Virus record (IMG/VR): IMGVR_UViG_3300042691_028844
Span: 22,581 to 86,580 of that record
Origin: a virus
Strand: one strand, 5' to 3'
Length of the DNA stretch: 64,000 bases
Shown: piece after piece, positions 8,718 to 17,882 of the stretch
How the letters are laid out: every line of letters starts with the position of its first letter
Numbering within the stretch: position 1 is the first letter of the stretch
Notes under the pieces: model-generated
The model's database searches: none
Seen by the model: only the letters and a program-made list of their open reading frames with translations
What the model was told of the DNA's origin: nothing
Program-made: the position numbers and the translations under genes

Positions 8718-8930
8718 TTAAGAAGATACTGGAGAAATCGGGTAAAACGTCGGGCCCTTTCTACGAGAGGGCTCTGACGATTCTTCGAACCGGCGTGGAC
8801 CCTCAACTTGGCAAATAACGTAGCCCTCAGCCACTAAGCGTTTACGGGTGTTTTCTTCGTCTTTAGTGCTGACTTTAAATTTTTGAAAGATACCCGAACG
8901 GTAGGCGTGGATCTGAACAGTTGAGGGCAT
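8718..8930 (-). CDS. hypothetical protein
   Basis: 70 aa ORF. Confidence 0.5.
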   Translation of the reverse strand: MPSTVQIHAYRSGIFQKFKVSTKDEENTRKRLVAEGYVICQVEGPRRFEESSEPSRRKGPTFYPISPVSS

Positions 8931-9029
8931 CGCGCTTTAGTCGCCAACTTACTTTAACGGGTCTGTTCGAGGTTCCCTCGATGTCTTCCATCTTTTTGTG
9001 TGTAAAATATAGAGAGCTGAGAGATTTAC

Positions 9030-9314
9030 GTGGCGTACGCTTCGATTGGGGAGCTGATGGCGAATATGCCTAATTTCGATGAGATGGGTATCCCTGGTGG
9101 CGCTTCTCTACATTCTTTTCCGGCTCTGCCTGGGGAGCTGCGCCTAATCCCTCGAATGCAAAAAATGCGGGATATGCAGGATAAGCTGCAACCAGCATTG
9201 CCTCCTGTACGTAAAGCACAGATTGATTCTGAGCAATTTTTAGCAGACTATCTGATGGGTGTTGGTAGACCCATGGCTATAGCTGAAGCGAGCCGCGACG
9301 ACCGCTTGTATTAA
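9030..9314 (+). CDS. hypothetical protein (FLxxYL motif)
   Basis: ORF with upstream TAAAAT. Confidence 0.65.
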   Translation: MAYASIGELMANMPNFDEMGIPGGASLHSFPALPGELRLIPRMQKMRDMQDKLQPALPPVRKAQIDSEQFLADYLMGVGRPMAIAEASRDDRLY

Positions 9315-9462
9315 TCACTTAGGCAGGATTCGAACCTGCGTTGCTCCGCAGTAGCAGAACCGCCTGCTCACACCGTGATCGGAATTTCCGGCCACGGGGT
9401 GTCAGTTGAAATGACGCCCCTCTCGTCGACATTTAGTCCCCCGTGGTTTGATGGGGCTAGCG
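9314..9462 (-). ncRNA. structured RNA with tRNA-like 3' domain
   Basis: Perfect T-arm GCAGG-TTCGAAT-CCTGC plus four additional hairpins; no proper D-arm. Confidence 0.5.
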
Positions 9463-9481
9463 AGCACGGACTTACCGAAGC

Positions 9482-10162
9482 TCAATGGGCTTGTTCGTCA
9501 GCGTCCTTTGGGGTCCCCTTGATGCACCAGAGCTGCCAGCCGGGACAAAACGCTTTTTCGATGCACCTCAGTGCAGCCAGAGCACCCTCAACACCCCTAG
9601 CTACGTCCGCATCACCGAAATCGTCGAAGATAACTGCCCCGTGGTGACGGACTAGGGGCACGTAAAGAGCTGCGTCACGGCATACGGCTTCCGCTGTGTG
9701 CTCTCCGTCAATGTACAGGATGTCGATCTTGCGGTTCTCAGCCTGAAGTTGCCTTGCGACAAGGGGAAACAGGTCCCACGAGGCGCCTTTCATCACCGTA
9801 ACTTTGCCCGGATGCTTACTTTTAGCGATATTTGAGCGTGCAATGTACTCAATATCGTTAAGTGTCGGGAATTTTTCCCTGTTTTGCCGATATTCTTCGT
9901 TCCCTGTGAACGGATCGATTGAAATTAGACGACTTTCCGGGTGTTCTAGGAAGTTATCGGACCACCAGCACGACGAAGCACCTTCGTACACCCCTATTTC
10001 AACGATCGTACGATATTCATCCGGCAGGAATCGTAACTTTTCCGCCGTGGGCTCGTTGCTGACTCGCTGGTAACTGGCTAGGAGCTGCTCGTACCACGCG
10101 TGAGTGATTCTGTAGTCTTTGTTTAATTTGGAGTCCATAGGTGAAATTTTTTCAAACAACAT
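9482..10162 (-). CDS. class I SAM-dependent methyltransferase (Methyltransf_24-like)
   Basis: VEIGVYEGAS, IDPF, DILYIDGEH, VIFDD motifs. Confidence 0.85.
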   Translation of the reverse strand: MLFEKISPMDSKLNKDYRITHAWYEQLLASYQRVSNEPTAEKLRFLPDEYRTIVEIGVYEGASSCWWSDNFLEHPESRLISIDPFTGNEEYRQNREKFPTLNDIEYIARSNIAKSKHPGKVTVMKGASWDLFPLVARQLQAENRKIDILYIDGEHTAEAVCRDAALYVPLVRHHGAVIFDDFGDADVARGVEGALAALRCIEKAFCPGWQLWCIKGTPKDADEQAH

Positions 10163-10260
10163 CTTACTGGCTCTGTCAACCTTGTTAAACTAGGCCCGAT
10201 CCGCTCTGAGCTTACTGTTGTGTTTTATTAAGTGTTTACACGGTTTCACTCGCGTTATTA

Positions 10261-10515
10261 GTGCTCAAGACACTGTTTCACAGCAACATGGCTCCTTTGA
10301 ATTTACTTGACATCAGTTTTGCTGCTTCGCTTTTTAATCGCTTGCCTTCTTCTTTGAGCGTTGGGTCCGTCTTGTGCGGGCTACATTCTGAGCTGTTATC
10401 TCAGTATTTCTCAGAGGAGGAAGTTATGTTTTTGAAATCCTTGTTCAGGGGTTCGTATGCTGTGGATTACTCACCTGAAGCCAGGAAAGCTTTAGATCGT
10501 ATTAGGATGCTTTAG
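10261..10515 (+). CDS. hypothetical protein
   Basis: ORF only. Confidence 0.45.
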   Translation: MLKTLFHSNMAPLNLLDISFAASLFNRLPSSLSVGSVLCGLHSELLSQYFSEEEVMFLKSLFRGSYAVDYSPEARKALDRIRML

Positions 10516-10539
10516 TACATTTAAATCTCTTCTGTTCTC

Positions 10540-10755
10540 ATGTCAGTCTCAGCCTTAAACGAATTACGGTCAGCGTGCCCCTACTGCGGTGAAGAGGTTG
10601 TTCTGCGCGGAGCCCGTCTTCGCGTGTGGCTTCAGCGGGCAGCACAAAACCCCACCAGAACTGGTCCTTACTGCAACTATGTGTGCTCGTCTCGCACTAA
10701 CATTCAATTAGCGGTAAATCGTCGTTCTCGGAACACCGAAAAAGTTTTTATCTAA
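10540..10755 (+). CDS. small Zn-binding protein
   Basis: CPYC...YCxxxC. Confidence 0.6.
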   Translation: MSVSALNELRSACPYCGEEVVLRGARLRVWLQRAAQNPTRTGPYCNYVCSSRTNIQLAVNRRSRNTEKVFI

Positions 10756-10756
10756 C

Positions 10757-11131
10757 GTGACTACAAACTCAACTCGCGTTGCTAACGATCTCCACATCGT
10801 ACAGCATCTGCACGGAAAGCTTACAAAAGCTGATAAGGTCTGTTATACATGCGGGACTTTATTTGGCTCTCCTATGCCTGGCGGTGTTTCGACATTCCAT
10901 TATGGAGATTGCGATGTCTGCGGTCAAGTTGAAGTCCCTGTGACTGAAACCCGCGACTACGGGTATCTGATCCGTGGCATTATGCACCTAGAAAACCGGC
11001 TGGCAGAGGACCACGTTCTGGGAGCAGAAACAGAGCAAGTTTCTGAAAATGACCGTGATCCGCTGATGCGGCGGTTTTTGGACACCTGTGACAAGGCGGG
11101 AACCCCCGTGGAGAATTATGAGTCTCGATAG
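10757..11131 (+). CDS. Zn-finger hypothetical protein
   Basis: CYTCG...CDVCG...VTETRDYGYL. Confidence 0.7.
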   Translation: MTTNSTRVANDLHIVQHLHGKLTKADKVCYTCGTLFGSPMPGGVSTFHYGDCDVCGQVEVPVTETRDYGYLIRGIMHLENRLAEDHVLGAETEQVSENDRDPLMRRFLDTCDKAGTPVENYESR

Positions 11132-11190
11132 ATAACGAACTGTTTAAAGCCCGTTGGGTTCGCTGCCGCCAGTTATACTGTGCTCGCCAG

Positions 11191-11266
11191 GCGCGTCTAG
11201 CAATCTGGTGAATGCAGCGAACTCATAATTCGCCTAAGGTGGGTTCAATTCCCTCGACGCGCACCA
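11191..11266 (+). tRNA. tRNA with CAT anticodon (Met or Ile2)
   Basis: GCGCGTC/GACGCGC acceptor, GCGAA-CTCATAA-TTCGC, encoded CCA. Confidence 0.9.
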
Positions 11267-11351
11267 GCCCTGGTGGTGGAATCGGTAGACACAACAGACT
11301 TAAAATCTGTCGGCCATTGCGGTTGTGCGAGTTCAAGTCTCGCTCAGGGCA
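11267..11351 (+). tRNA. tRNA-Leu(TAA), intronless
   Basis: GCCCTGG/TCAGGGC, ACAGA-CTTAAAA-TCTGT, long variable arm. Confidence 0.95.
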
Positions 11352-11366
11352 TTCAACTTTAATCTC

Positions 11367-11720
11367 ATGTCTGGCTTAACCCCTACTTGCTGTCCTGCTT
11401 GCACTGCCTTTGAGTTGCGGGTGATTGAGAGTCGTAGGAAGGCTCGCTACACCAGACGGCGGAAAGAGTGCGGTGGCTGTGGCCATCGCCTTACGACGTA
11501 CGAACTGTCGGCCGAATACTTTGAGGAGGTCCGAGACGCCAAATTGCAGCTCAACAAAATTTATAAAGTTTTGGGTTCTGCTGAGGTTTCGACTCCCACG
11601 AAGGAAGGTGTTACGTGCTATATGTGTATTCACATGACTGGTAGGGGCTGCCAACTTGATTTTCCCGAAGCCGGTGGAGCCTTCGCAGCCGAGTGCTCTT
11701 CGTATCAAGAGTTTGTATAA
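11367..11720 (+). CDS. NrdR-like Zn-ribbon protein with second Cys cluster
   Basis: CPAC...RVIESR...RRRKECGGCGHRLTTYE; no ATP-cone. Confidence 0.75.
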   Translation: MSGLTPTCCPACTAFELRVIESRRKARYTRRRKECGGCGHRLTTYELSAEYFEEVRDAKLQLNKIYKVLGSAEVSTPTKEGVTCYMCIHMTGRGCQLDFPEAGGAFAAECSSYQEFV

Positions 11721-11724
11721 ATAC

Positions 11725-12627
11725 TTAAATTTGCCCCTTTAGGACTTCTCGGTACGCTAGACCTGGATTCTGAGTTGCCCATTTGATAAGGGCGTCTTCA
11801 GGCATATCCTCTACACGGCCGGTTTCTTTCATCAATCGAACCAGCTCGGTTGCACCTAATTTTTTGCCGAGCTCATCCTGTGCCCTGTAGAACTGTGCTA
11901 AAGGTACGTTTGTAGGAGCTACGAACTGTGATGATTGTTCCAGTATTTCTGGCGAAACTCTCGGCGCCGTCTGTGCTGTCGCTGTCGGTTGCGATGGGAG
12001 GCTTGTGCGAGCAGTTGCATCCATCGGTGAGGGCCATGGATTCGTGGCCGCTGGCGATTGCCTCGGACCCGGTGGCGCATAGGCCGCTTCTGCCGGAGCT
12101 GGCAGGCTTAACCCTGCGCGAGCGGAAGTATCAGACCGTGGTTCAGTTCTCTGCGCCTGGTTGCGTGCTCGCGCATCACGAGTATCAGCGGCCTCGCGCT
12201 CATAACGAGCCCGCTCCTGCTTCATAAGTTCTTCTTCGCCACGGTTGACCGGCGTGGGCCATAAAGCTGCTGCTGCAGCGAGTCGTTGAAGCGGACCTCC
12301 TACAGGTAAGGAGGTAAGGAGATACGCGCTTCCTATATCCGCACCGAGTTGCTTGTTGGGTATTGCTTTTGCAATATTTTCTACTAGCGTGTCGACGGCG
12401 TATCCGGCGCCTAAGGTTCTAAGAACTGGCCCCGGTTTGAGTGGAATATTGGCGTTGGACAGGGGGTTGACCGCAACTCTGATTGAAGGAGGCAGGCGAC
12501 GGTACTGTTCCACAACGGGACGAGCCACAGGGTTTTGCGTGGCGATCCTGATTGCACGCTGACCTGCCTGCTGGACACTTTGGCCGCCCCGCTGTAACGT
12601 CTGTAATGCAGTGTTCCACCAGCTCAT
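11725..12627 (-). CDS. hypothetical, probable internal virion protein
   Basis: Pro/Ala/Gln-rich; WAxxNPxLAY motif shared with 35976. Confidence 0.7.
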   Translation of the reverse strand: MSWWNTALQTLQRGGQSVQQAGQRAIRIATQNPVARPVVEQYRRLPPSIRVAVNPLSNANIPLKPGPVLRTLGAGYAVDTLVENIAKAIPNKQLGADIGSAYLLTSLPVGGPLQRLAAAAALWPTPVNRGEEELMKQERARYEREAADTRDARARNQAQRTEPRSDTSARAGLSLPAPAEAAYAPPGPRQSPAATNPWPSPMDATARTSLPSQPTATAQTAPRVSPEILEQSSQFVAPTNVPLAQFYRAQDELGKKLGATELVRLMKETGRVEDMPEDALIKWATQNPGLAYREVLKGQI

Positions 12628-13144
12628 TTTGGGGCGCGACTTCTTGTCTCAGTCTACTTATAAGCCTGGGGATTCCTCTGCCCTGAGTTGGGATGTAAGG
12701 TTCTTATCTTTCGCTAAGCATGTGTCTGATTGGTCTAAGGACCCGTCCACGAAGGTTGGCGCTGTGGCGGTCCGCGATCGCCGTGTCTTAGCTACAGGTT
12801 ACAACGGGTTCCCGCAACACATCGTTGATTTGCCTGGAAGGCTGCTGGATCGTGAAGAAAAGCTACTACGCACCGTTCACGCGGAAGCGAACATCGTGGC
12901 GCAGGCCGCAAGAAATGGTGTTTGCCTGGATGGCTCGACGGTTTACGTGTGGCCGTTCTTGCCGTGCAATACGTGCTGCACGTTGTTGATACAGGCAGGA
13001 TTTAAGCGCGTCGTGGCACCAGAAATTGATATCCCCGATAGGTGGCTCAAGAGCTTCACCGCGTCCAAGGATATGTTTACTGAGGTGGGGATTAATTTGA
13101 CTTTAATTGATCCTTCTCTTGTAGAGCCAGATACATGTTCGTGA
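12611..13144 (+). CDS. dCMP deaminase
   Basis: SKDPSTKVGA, TGYNGFP, HAEAN, PCxxC. Confidence 0.93.
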   Translation: MFHQLILGRDFLSQSTYKPGDSSALSWDVRFLSFAKHVSDWSKDPSTKVGAVAVRDRRVLATGYNGFPQHIVDLPGRLLDREEKLLRTVHAEANIVAQAARNGVCLDGSTVYVWPFLPCNTCCTLLIQAGFKRVVAPEIDIPDRWLKSFTASKDMFTEVGINLTLIDPSLVEPDTCS

Positions 13145-13805
13145 ACGGCTGGATCTGGGCAATTGAATAATTGAGGCTAGTTAAATATTTGAATAAGGTG
13201 TCCTTGGAATCGGAGTACCACGGGTGATTGTTAGATTCGAAAACAATCGGTGGGTAGTTACTGGCTTCGAGGGACCGCTTGGCTCCTAGTAGAGCTTTGT
13301 ATTCGCTGCCTTCAACGTCGAGTTTGATCAAGCCGATATTTTCGAGTGTGTAGTCGTCAAGCGCGCACGTACGGACTTCCAATGTGGATTTAACTTTTTC
13401 CGGCGTGGCTTCAAGTGTTGAGCCCCCGCCGTCATCGGATACGATGGATAATGTACGTACGTCAGCAAAGTCGGTTAGGGCTGCTGCATGAGGTACGATA
13501 TTGTGTTTCTCGTTGATGAATATGTTGCCACAGAGCTGGAAGTACGTTCTGTTCTGGGGCTCAAAAGCGTACACCTGTTTAAAGCTGTCGGCTAACAGGA
13601 TCGAGTACACGCCCATGTGCGCTCCACCATCGACAAAAATCGAATCCGGGGAACTGAACTGTTTGACGAAGTTAACTAAGGCTAATTCAGGTATGCCGAC
13701 TTGGAACATCTGGCACCGGCCGGAGTCGTCGTCGTGCATTAAGAAAGCCGTTTCCGGCGTGGGCACGATCAGTCGTTGCTCCGGACCCCAGAGGTAGGTC
13801 GCCAT
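13092..13805 (-). CDS. FkbM family methyltransferase
   Basis: VDGGAHMGVYS, AFEP, IKLDVEGSE. Confidence 0.9.
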   Translation of the reverse strand: MATYLWGPEQRLIVPTPETAFLMHDDDSGRCQMFQVGIPELALVNFVKQFSSPDSIFVDGGAHMGVYSILLADSFKQVYAFEPQNRTYFQLCGNIFINEKHNIVPHAAALTDFADVRTLSIVSDDGGGSTLEATPEKVKSTLEVRTCALDDYTLENIGLIKLDVEGSEYKALLGAKRSLEASNYPPIVFESNNHPWYSDSKDTLFKYLTSLNYSIAQIQPFTNMYLALQEKDQLKSN

Positions 13806-13844
13806 GCAGGTTGATTATAGTGCCAGTATATTAGCAGTTTTTTG

Positions 13845-14582
13845 TTAGACCAGCGTGATGCCCCACTTAGAGGCTAGCCATGATTGCAACGAGTCTCGAT
13901 CGGTGCTGTTCAGAACAGAAGAGAAACAGATCACTTCACCCATCAGGCCAAGCCAACCGCGAGTGCCGAGGTAGAAATTGCTTCTATCGTTACCCAGCTG
14001 AACACCCTGGTTGGTATTGAATGAAGCCGAACCATTATTTAAGATGCGAATAATCGAGGGGTTGTCTACACTTGGCGAAGTAAAGTGCGACGTTCCAAAT
14101 CTGTTGGTTGCTCCACCGTTAATGTAAGCCCTATCAAAACCTGTGCTTGCTTGGGTGTAAGCTGTATTGAGCCCACTAATGTACCAACCTGGATCATCAT
14201 AGGCAGTTATTAGGCCACCAAAAGCAGTGTAAGTTCCGCCAAATGCCCCGTCCATGACAACGTAAATTTCAGCTATAGCAGTTGTTGTTGTAGTAGAATT
14301 GCGCAGATAGTTACTGTGATTACTGCTGCCCCAGTCTACGCATTTCTTGCCGTTGATACCGGTGACATACTGCGGGCCGGTTGCGCTTTTAGTGAGCGTC
14401 CACGCCCTGCTGCCTTTGCTGGTTACTGCCGTGATCTCAGTACCAGATGTTGTTACGGTTGTCTGATCGGCAAAGTCATACCAAAGAACTGGAGATAGCC
14501 CTGGCGTTGGGTCGACGGGCCCACCTCCTGTTTTTCTTCTTGCCGAGGCACTAAATCTTGCTTTCGGTGGGATTAAAAACAT
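13845..14582 (-). CDS. receptor-binding/fibre protein, LamG-like; paralog of 52304 and 53520
   Basis: PGLSPVLWYDFAD...WLASKWGITLV. Confidence 0.8.
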   Translation of the reverse strand: MFLIPPKARFSASARRKTGGGPVDPTPGLSPVLWYDFADQTTVTTSGTEITAVTSKGSRAWTLTKSATGPQYVTGINGKKCVDWGSSNHSNYLRNSTTTTTAIAEIYVVMDGAFGGTYTAFGGLITAYDDPGWYISGLNTAYTQASTGFDRAYINGGATNRFGTSHFTSPSVDNPSIIRILNNGSASFNTNQGVQLGNDRSNFYLGTRGWLGLMGEVICFSSVLNSTDRDSLQSWLASKWGITLV

Positions 14583-14584
14583 GA

Positions 14585-15226
14585 TTAAGCTGAGGTTTCG
14601 CCGGTAAGAATGTATCTGTCTGCGGATATACCGATCACACCCGCCACTGCAAATTGCCTTGCAGTCTTAAACGTGGCTCCCGCAGAGTCCAGCGTAACGG
14701 AGGTACCCGAAGTAACCGTTACTTGACCAGAAGCCAGCTGAATCAGCGTGCAGTTAAATCCGTTTGTCAGACCTTGTGGCACCTGGACGGCTACACCCGT
14801 CGCGTTCGTGAAGAGAACCGTTCTGCCGTTATCCGTAGCGGCCAGTACGTACCCCGTGGTAGCTACGGTGTTTAAGCTCGCCAGGGTAGTTGTGTAGCTC
14901 GGTGACGTTATGCCCGAAGCGTAGATTCCTGAGCCAGTGAAAATCGCATTTTCGCTGCCTGAAGCTGTAGTACCAGCTTTGAATTGAATGGCGCCAGCCG
15001 GCCCTAGTGTAGTGCTGCCACCTACTGTAATGTATGCAGCTGCTGCGGCCGCAAAGCCACTAACAGTTACTTTCTTTGGTTGTGCGTCTGCGTCGATCTC
15101 GCTGACATCTAATACTGCTAAAACGTCAGCTCCGGAGAGCGCAGAGTCTCCAGTCTGCAGATCATGAATGGGCTGGATGCTGCGACCGTAGGATCTAGCG
15201 TCATCCAGATTACGCCGCGTAGCCAC
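14585..15226 (-). CDS. tail fibre adaptor-like virion protein
   Basis: DNGR..LFT...VP.GL..GFNCT.IQ...GQVT fibre-end pattern; 7 SG dipeptides. Confidence 0.7.
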   Translation of the reverse strand: MATRRNLDDARSYGRSIQPIHDLQTGDSALSGADVLAVLDVSEIDADAQPKKVTVSGFAAAAAAYITVGGSTTLGPAGAIQFKAGTTASGSENAIFTGSGIYASGITSPSYTTTLASLNTVATTGYVLAATDNGRTVLFTNATGVAVQVPQGLTNGFNCTLIQLASGQVTVTSGTSVTLDSAGATFKTARQFAVAGVIGISADRYILTGETSA

Positions 15227-15316
15227 TGGTTTTTCTTTATTTAACTCCAGTATAGCCCTACTTTTTTCTGCTGAAGACTGTTAGTATGGTGGCAGATTGA
15301 TTTTATTCGCTAATAC

Positions 15317-16081
15317 ATGATCCCTGTTATCGGTACAGCTGTTGTTAATGCGCCTCATTGGGTATACAGATTATTCTACAGCATAGACTATCCGGTTGAT
15401 ACCTTTGTTATTTTCAATAACAACGGCCGAGGTCAAATCACTGAAGAACTGGACTATTTAACTAAGGTTCCGCATAAGTACGTGAAGCGGGTTGTCGTGA
15501 CCCACATGCCGTCGAACTTCGGTTGTTCTGGCGCGTGGAATCTGATCATCAAGTCGTTTATGTTTGCTCCGTACTGGATCATCACAAACCATGACTTGAT
15601 GTTCACACCGGGGTTTTTAAAGCAAGCCGTGGAGCACGCAGCAGATGCGGAAACCGGTATCGTCCACGGGGAGAACGGCAGTTGGGATTTCTTTCTCTTA
15701 AAAGACTGGGTTGTGCAGCAGTACGGGTTGTTTGATGAGAACTTGTATCCGGCGTACTGTGAGGATATGGATTACGGAATGCGTTTTAAACATAAGGATT
15801 TAAAGCGTTGTATGTCTGTAGGTCTGCCTTATTACCATGGGGAGACCTGCGGTGATTACGCTGACGGGTCACAAACCTGGCGATCTGAGCCCGAACTGGC
15901 GTCCAAAATTAACCTGGCGCACGAGCTGAACAAACAGTATCTGCACGCCAAGTGGAATCCAGCGTGGCAGGCTCACGTTGAGGGTGAAGTTTATAAAACT
16001 CCTTTTAACAACCCGAGTATCCCGCTGGACTTCACAACGTACGATTTACACTTCGTTCGTAGTAAAAGTCTAGGGTTTTAA
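15317..16081 (+). CDS. GT-A (GT2-like) glycosyltransferase
   Basis: GCSGAWN, ITNHD, GLFDENLYPAYCEDMDY. Confidence 0.85.
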   Translation: MIPVIGTAVVNAPHWVYRLFYSIDYPVDTFVIFNNNGRGQITEELDYLTKVPHKYVKRVVVTHMPSNFGCSGAWNLIIKSFMFAPYWIITNHDLMFTPGFLKQAVEHAADAETGIVHGENGSWDFFLLKDWVVQQYGLFDENLYPAYCEDMDYGMRFKHKDLKRCMSVGLPYYHGETCGDYADGSQTWRSEPELASKINLAHELNKQYLHAKWNPAWQAHVEGEVYKTPFNNPSIPLDFTTYDLHFVRSKSLGF

Positions 16082-16119
16082 GTATAGTGAGCGAAGCGAA
16101 TAGTCAGTATGCTGTCGGA

Positions 16120-16389
16120 ATGCCTTACTACTCGTCACACACTGACCGAGGTCAATTAGTTAACTCCCTCAAAGAGGTGCTAGATCAGCGCGGCGTTTCT
16201 TCTTTTAAACTTAGCGTCGAGGCTGAACTTTCACCTACGACTACACGTAAGATCTACTCAGACCATAAGTATATACCTTCTCCTACTGTTTTAGAACGAA
16301 TTTGTTTAGTTTTAAATATTCAGCCTGGCGAGATTCTAAAAATTTCGTCTAATATGGAATCACAAGTAGCGGTGTGTTCCGGTGTTTAG
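16120..16389 (+). CDS. Cro/C1-type HTH regulator
   Basis: LKEVLDQRGVS..LS....LS..T...LERIC..L..QPGEIL. Confidence 0.8.
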   Translation: MPYYSSHTDRGQLVNSLKEVLDQRGVSSFKLSVEAELSPTTTRKIYSDHKYIPSPTVLERICLVLNIQPGEILKISSNMESQVAVCSGV

Positions 16390-16888
16390 TCCTGCTGATT
16401 ACGAGCTGGCGGCTCGATTGACCGGATTACCCGTTCCGCGTACGGCTGCCGAGCAGGCTGCAGCAGCACCTATCGTATCCAACATTCTTAGGACTTTTGG
16501 GCGGGCTCCGGCGCCTATGCCTGGTTTTGATGACTCTCGTGGAATGTCAACGTCGCCCACGAGGTCTCTCAACATGATGCCTGATGTTTCCCAGCCGGAA
16601 GCTAAGGATCAGTTAGAGCATCGTCTTCGTGCAGGTATGACGGATCCGGACGCGTTTGCCGAAATTGCAGACTTACTAGAGATAATTGAGCAAGATCCGG
16701 AGATTGTAGATCAGCTGTTAGCTGCCCTTAGGGATATGCAGGATGACTCTGCGGCTTCTGGTGAGATGCTTAGTCAGCAGCGTCCTCTGTATTACGACAC
16801 TCCTAATTATGGCGGGCAGTACTCTGTGCTGAACGCCCCTAGCTCCAGTCCCATCCCTCCGTCCATTCGTTATCAGGAATTGGGCTGA
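16382..16888 (+). CDS. hypothetical virion-region protein
   Basis: Coupled ORF. Confidence 0.7.
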   Translation: MFSPADYELAARLTGLPVPRTAAEQAAAAPIVSNILRTFGRAPAPMPGFDDSRGMSTSPTRSLNMMPDVSQPEAKDQLEHRLRAGMTDPDAFAEIADLLEIIEQDPEIVDQLLAALRDMQDDSAASGEMLSQQRPLYYDTPNYGGQYSVLNAPSSSPIPPSIRYQELG

Positions 16889-16889
16889 T

Positions 16890-17126
16890 ATGGACCGTAT
16901 TCGTCAGTTAATGGACAGGGACGTTAGATACGACGCTCCTGAACTCTCTCCTAGTGAGTTTTTACAGTCTTATTTAGATTCTAATTTTCCACAAACTGCA
17001 ACACACCCCTCAGCCGAGCAGAAGGCTATGGGTGTATCTAAGTCAACTGATGAAGATGAGCTAAACTTTAATAAGATGAAGCGTGCGCCTACGGGCGTTG
17101 GCTACGACCGTCCGCAAGTCAGCTAA
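16890..17126 (+). CDS. hypothetical protein (FLxxYL motif)
   Basis: Coupled ORF. Confidence 0.7.
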   Translation: MDRIRQLMDRDVRYDAPELSPSEFLQSYLDSNFPQTATHPSAEQKAMGVSKSTDEDELNFNKMKRAPTGVGYDRPQVS

Positions 17127-17878
17127 TGGCCCCTATTCCCGTTCGCGGTCTCGCTGGTTTAGGCACAGGAGCAATCGAAGCTCTTGTTAAAGCCGGCGTG
17201 GATCCTAACGACCTGTTAAAGACTTTGGGCGAAGGGACGCAGGAAGGTGTCCAACGAATTCCTGGCGAAACTCGTCGAGCACTTTTACGAGACATTCTTG
17301 CCAGCGTCATAGGGGGAGGTATTGCTACCTCTGTACCTAATCTCGTAGAGAGTATCGTAAAACCGTCTGCTATTGCGGGTCCTCCGGCAGAAGGCCGGTA
17401 CATGGTTGGGCCAGATGTCGACCTGCGGCTGATTCCGGATTATCGGGCCGATGTCTTTAGGACGCGGCTTCTAAATCTCCTGCCGGGAGTTGAGCTCCCC
17501 ATGCCTAGATCCCCTCAAGATGTATTAGGGGAAATCGAGGCCCGTATTACGCGTCAGGCCCGAGACTTAACGGAAAGAGAAATTGCGAAGACTAGAGCTG
17601 AACGAGAGTTTGATGTTGCTTTGAAGAGGCTAGAGACACAAGGTGCTCTCCAAAGAGCCCAAGTGGAGGCTGCTAGCGCTATTCGCCAGCAAGAGATTGC
17701 TAGTGGAGCCGATATTCGCTCCCGCGAGCTGCAGAGTTTAGGCGACGTTCAGCGCCAAAGGCTGAGTTCGTCCTATGATTTTGCTAAGGGAGCATTGGAG
17801 AACGCCATTCAAAACGTACTCCAATCTGGGGTTATTAATGATCGTTCTGTTCAGCAAGAGTTAGCTCGCATTCAATAA
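17126..17878 (+). CDS. putative internal virion protein (coiled-coil)
   Basis: Gly/Ala hydrophobic N-terminus, Gln/Glu/Arg helical C-terminus. Confidence 0.65.
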   Translation: MAPIPVRGLAGLGTGAIEALVKAGVDPNDLLKTLGEGTQEGVQRIPGETRRALLRDILASVIGGGIATSVPNLVESIVKPSAIAGPPAEGRYMVGPDVDLRLIPDYRADVFRTRLLNLLPGVELPMPRSPQDVLGEIEARITRQARDLTEREIAKTRAEREFDVALKRLETQGALQRAQVEAASAIRQQEIASGADIRSRELQSLGDVQRQRLSSSYDFAKGALENAIQNVLQSGVINDRSVQQELARIQ

Positions 17879-17882
17879 GAAC

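Noticed and set aside
9314-9480. Canonical tRNA or tmRNA
   Set aside because: Acceptor stem mismatched, no D-arm, anticodon loop or tag ORF; kept only as tRNA-like
11325-11366. N-terminal extension of the NrdR-like ORF, and the nrdR gene name
   Set aside because: The extension overlaps tRNA-Leu; no ATP-cone domain
12774-12781. HIP1 (GCGATCGC) enrichment as host marker
   Set aside because: Only an isolated copy noticed; no enrichment
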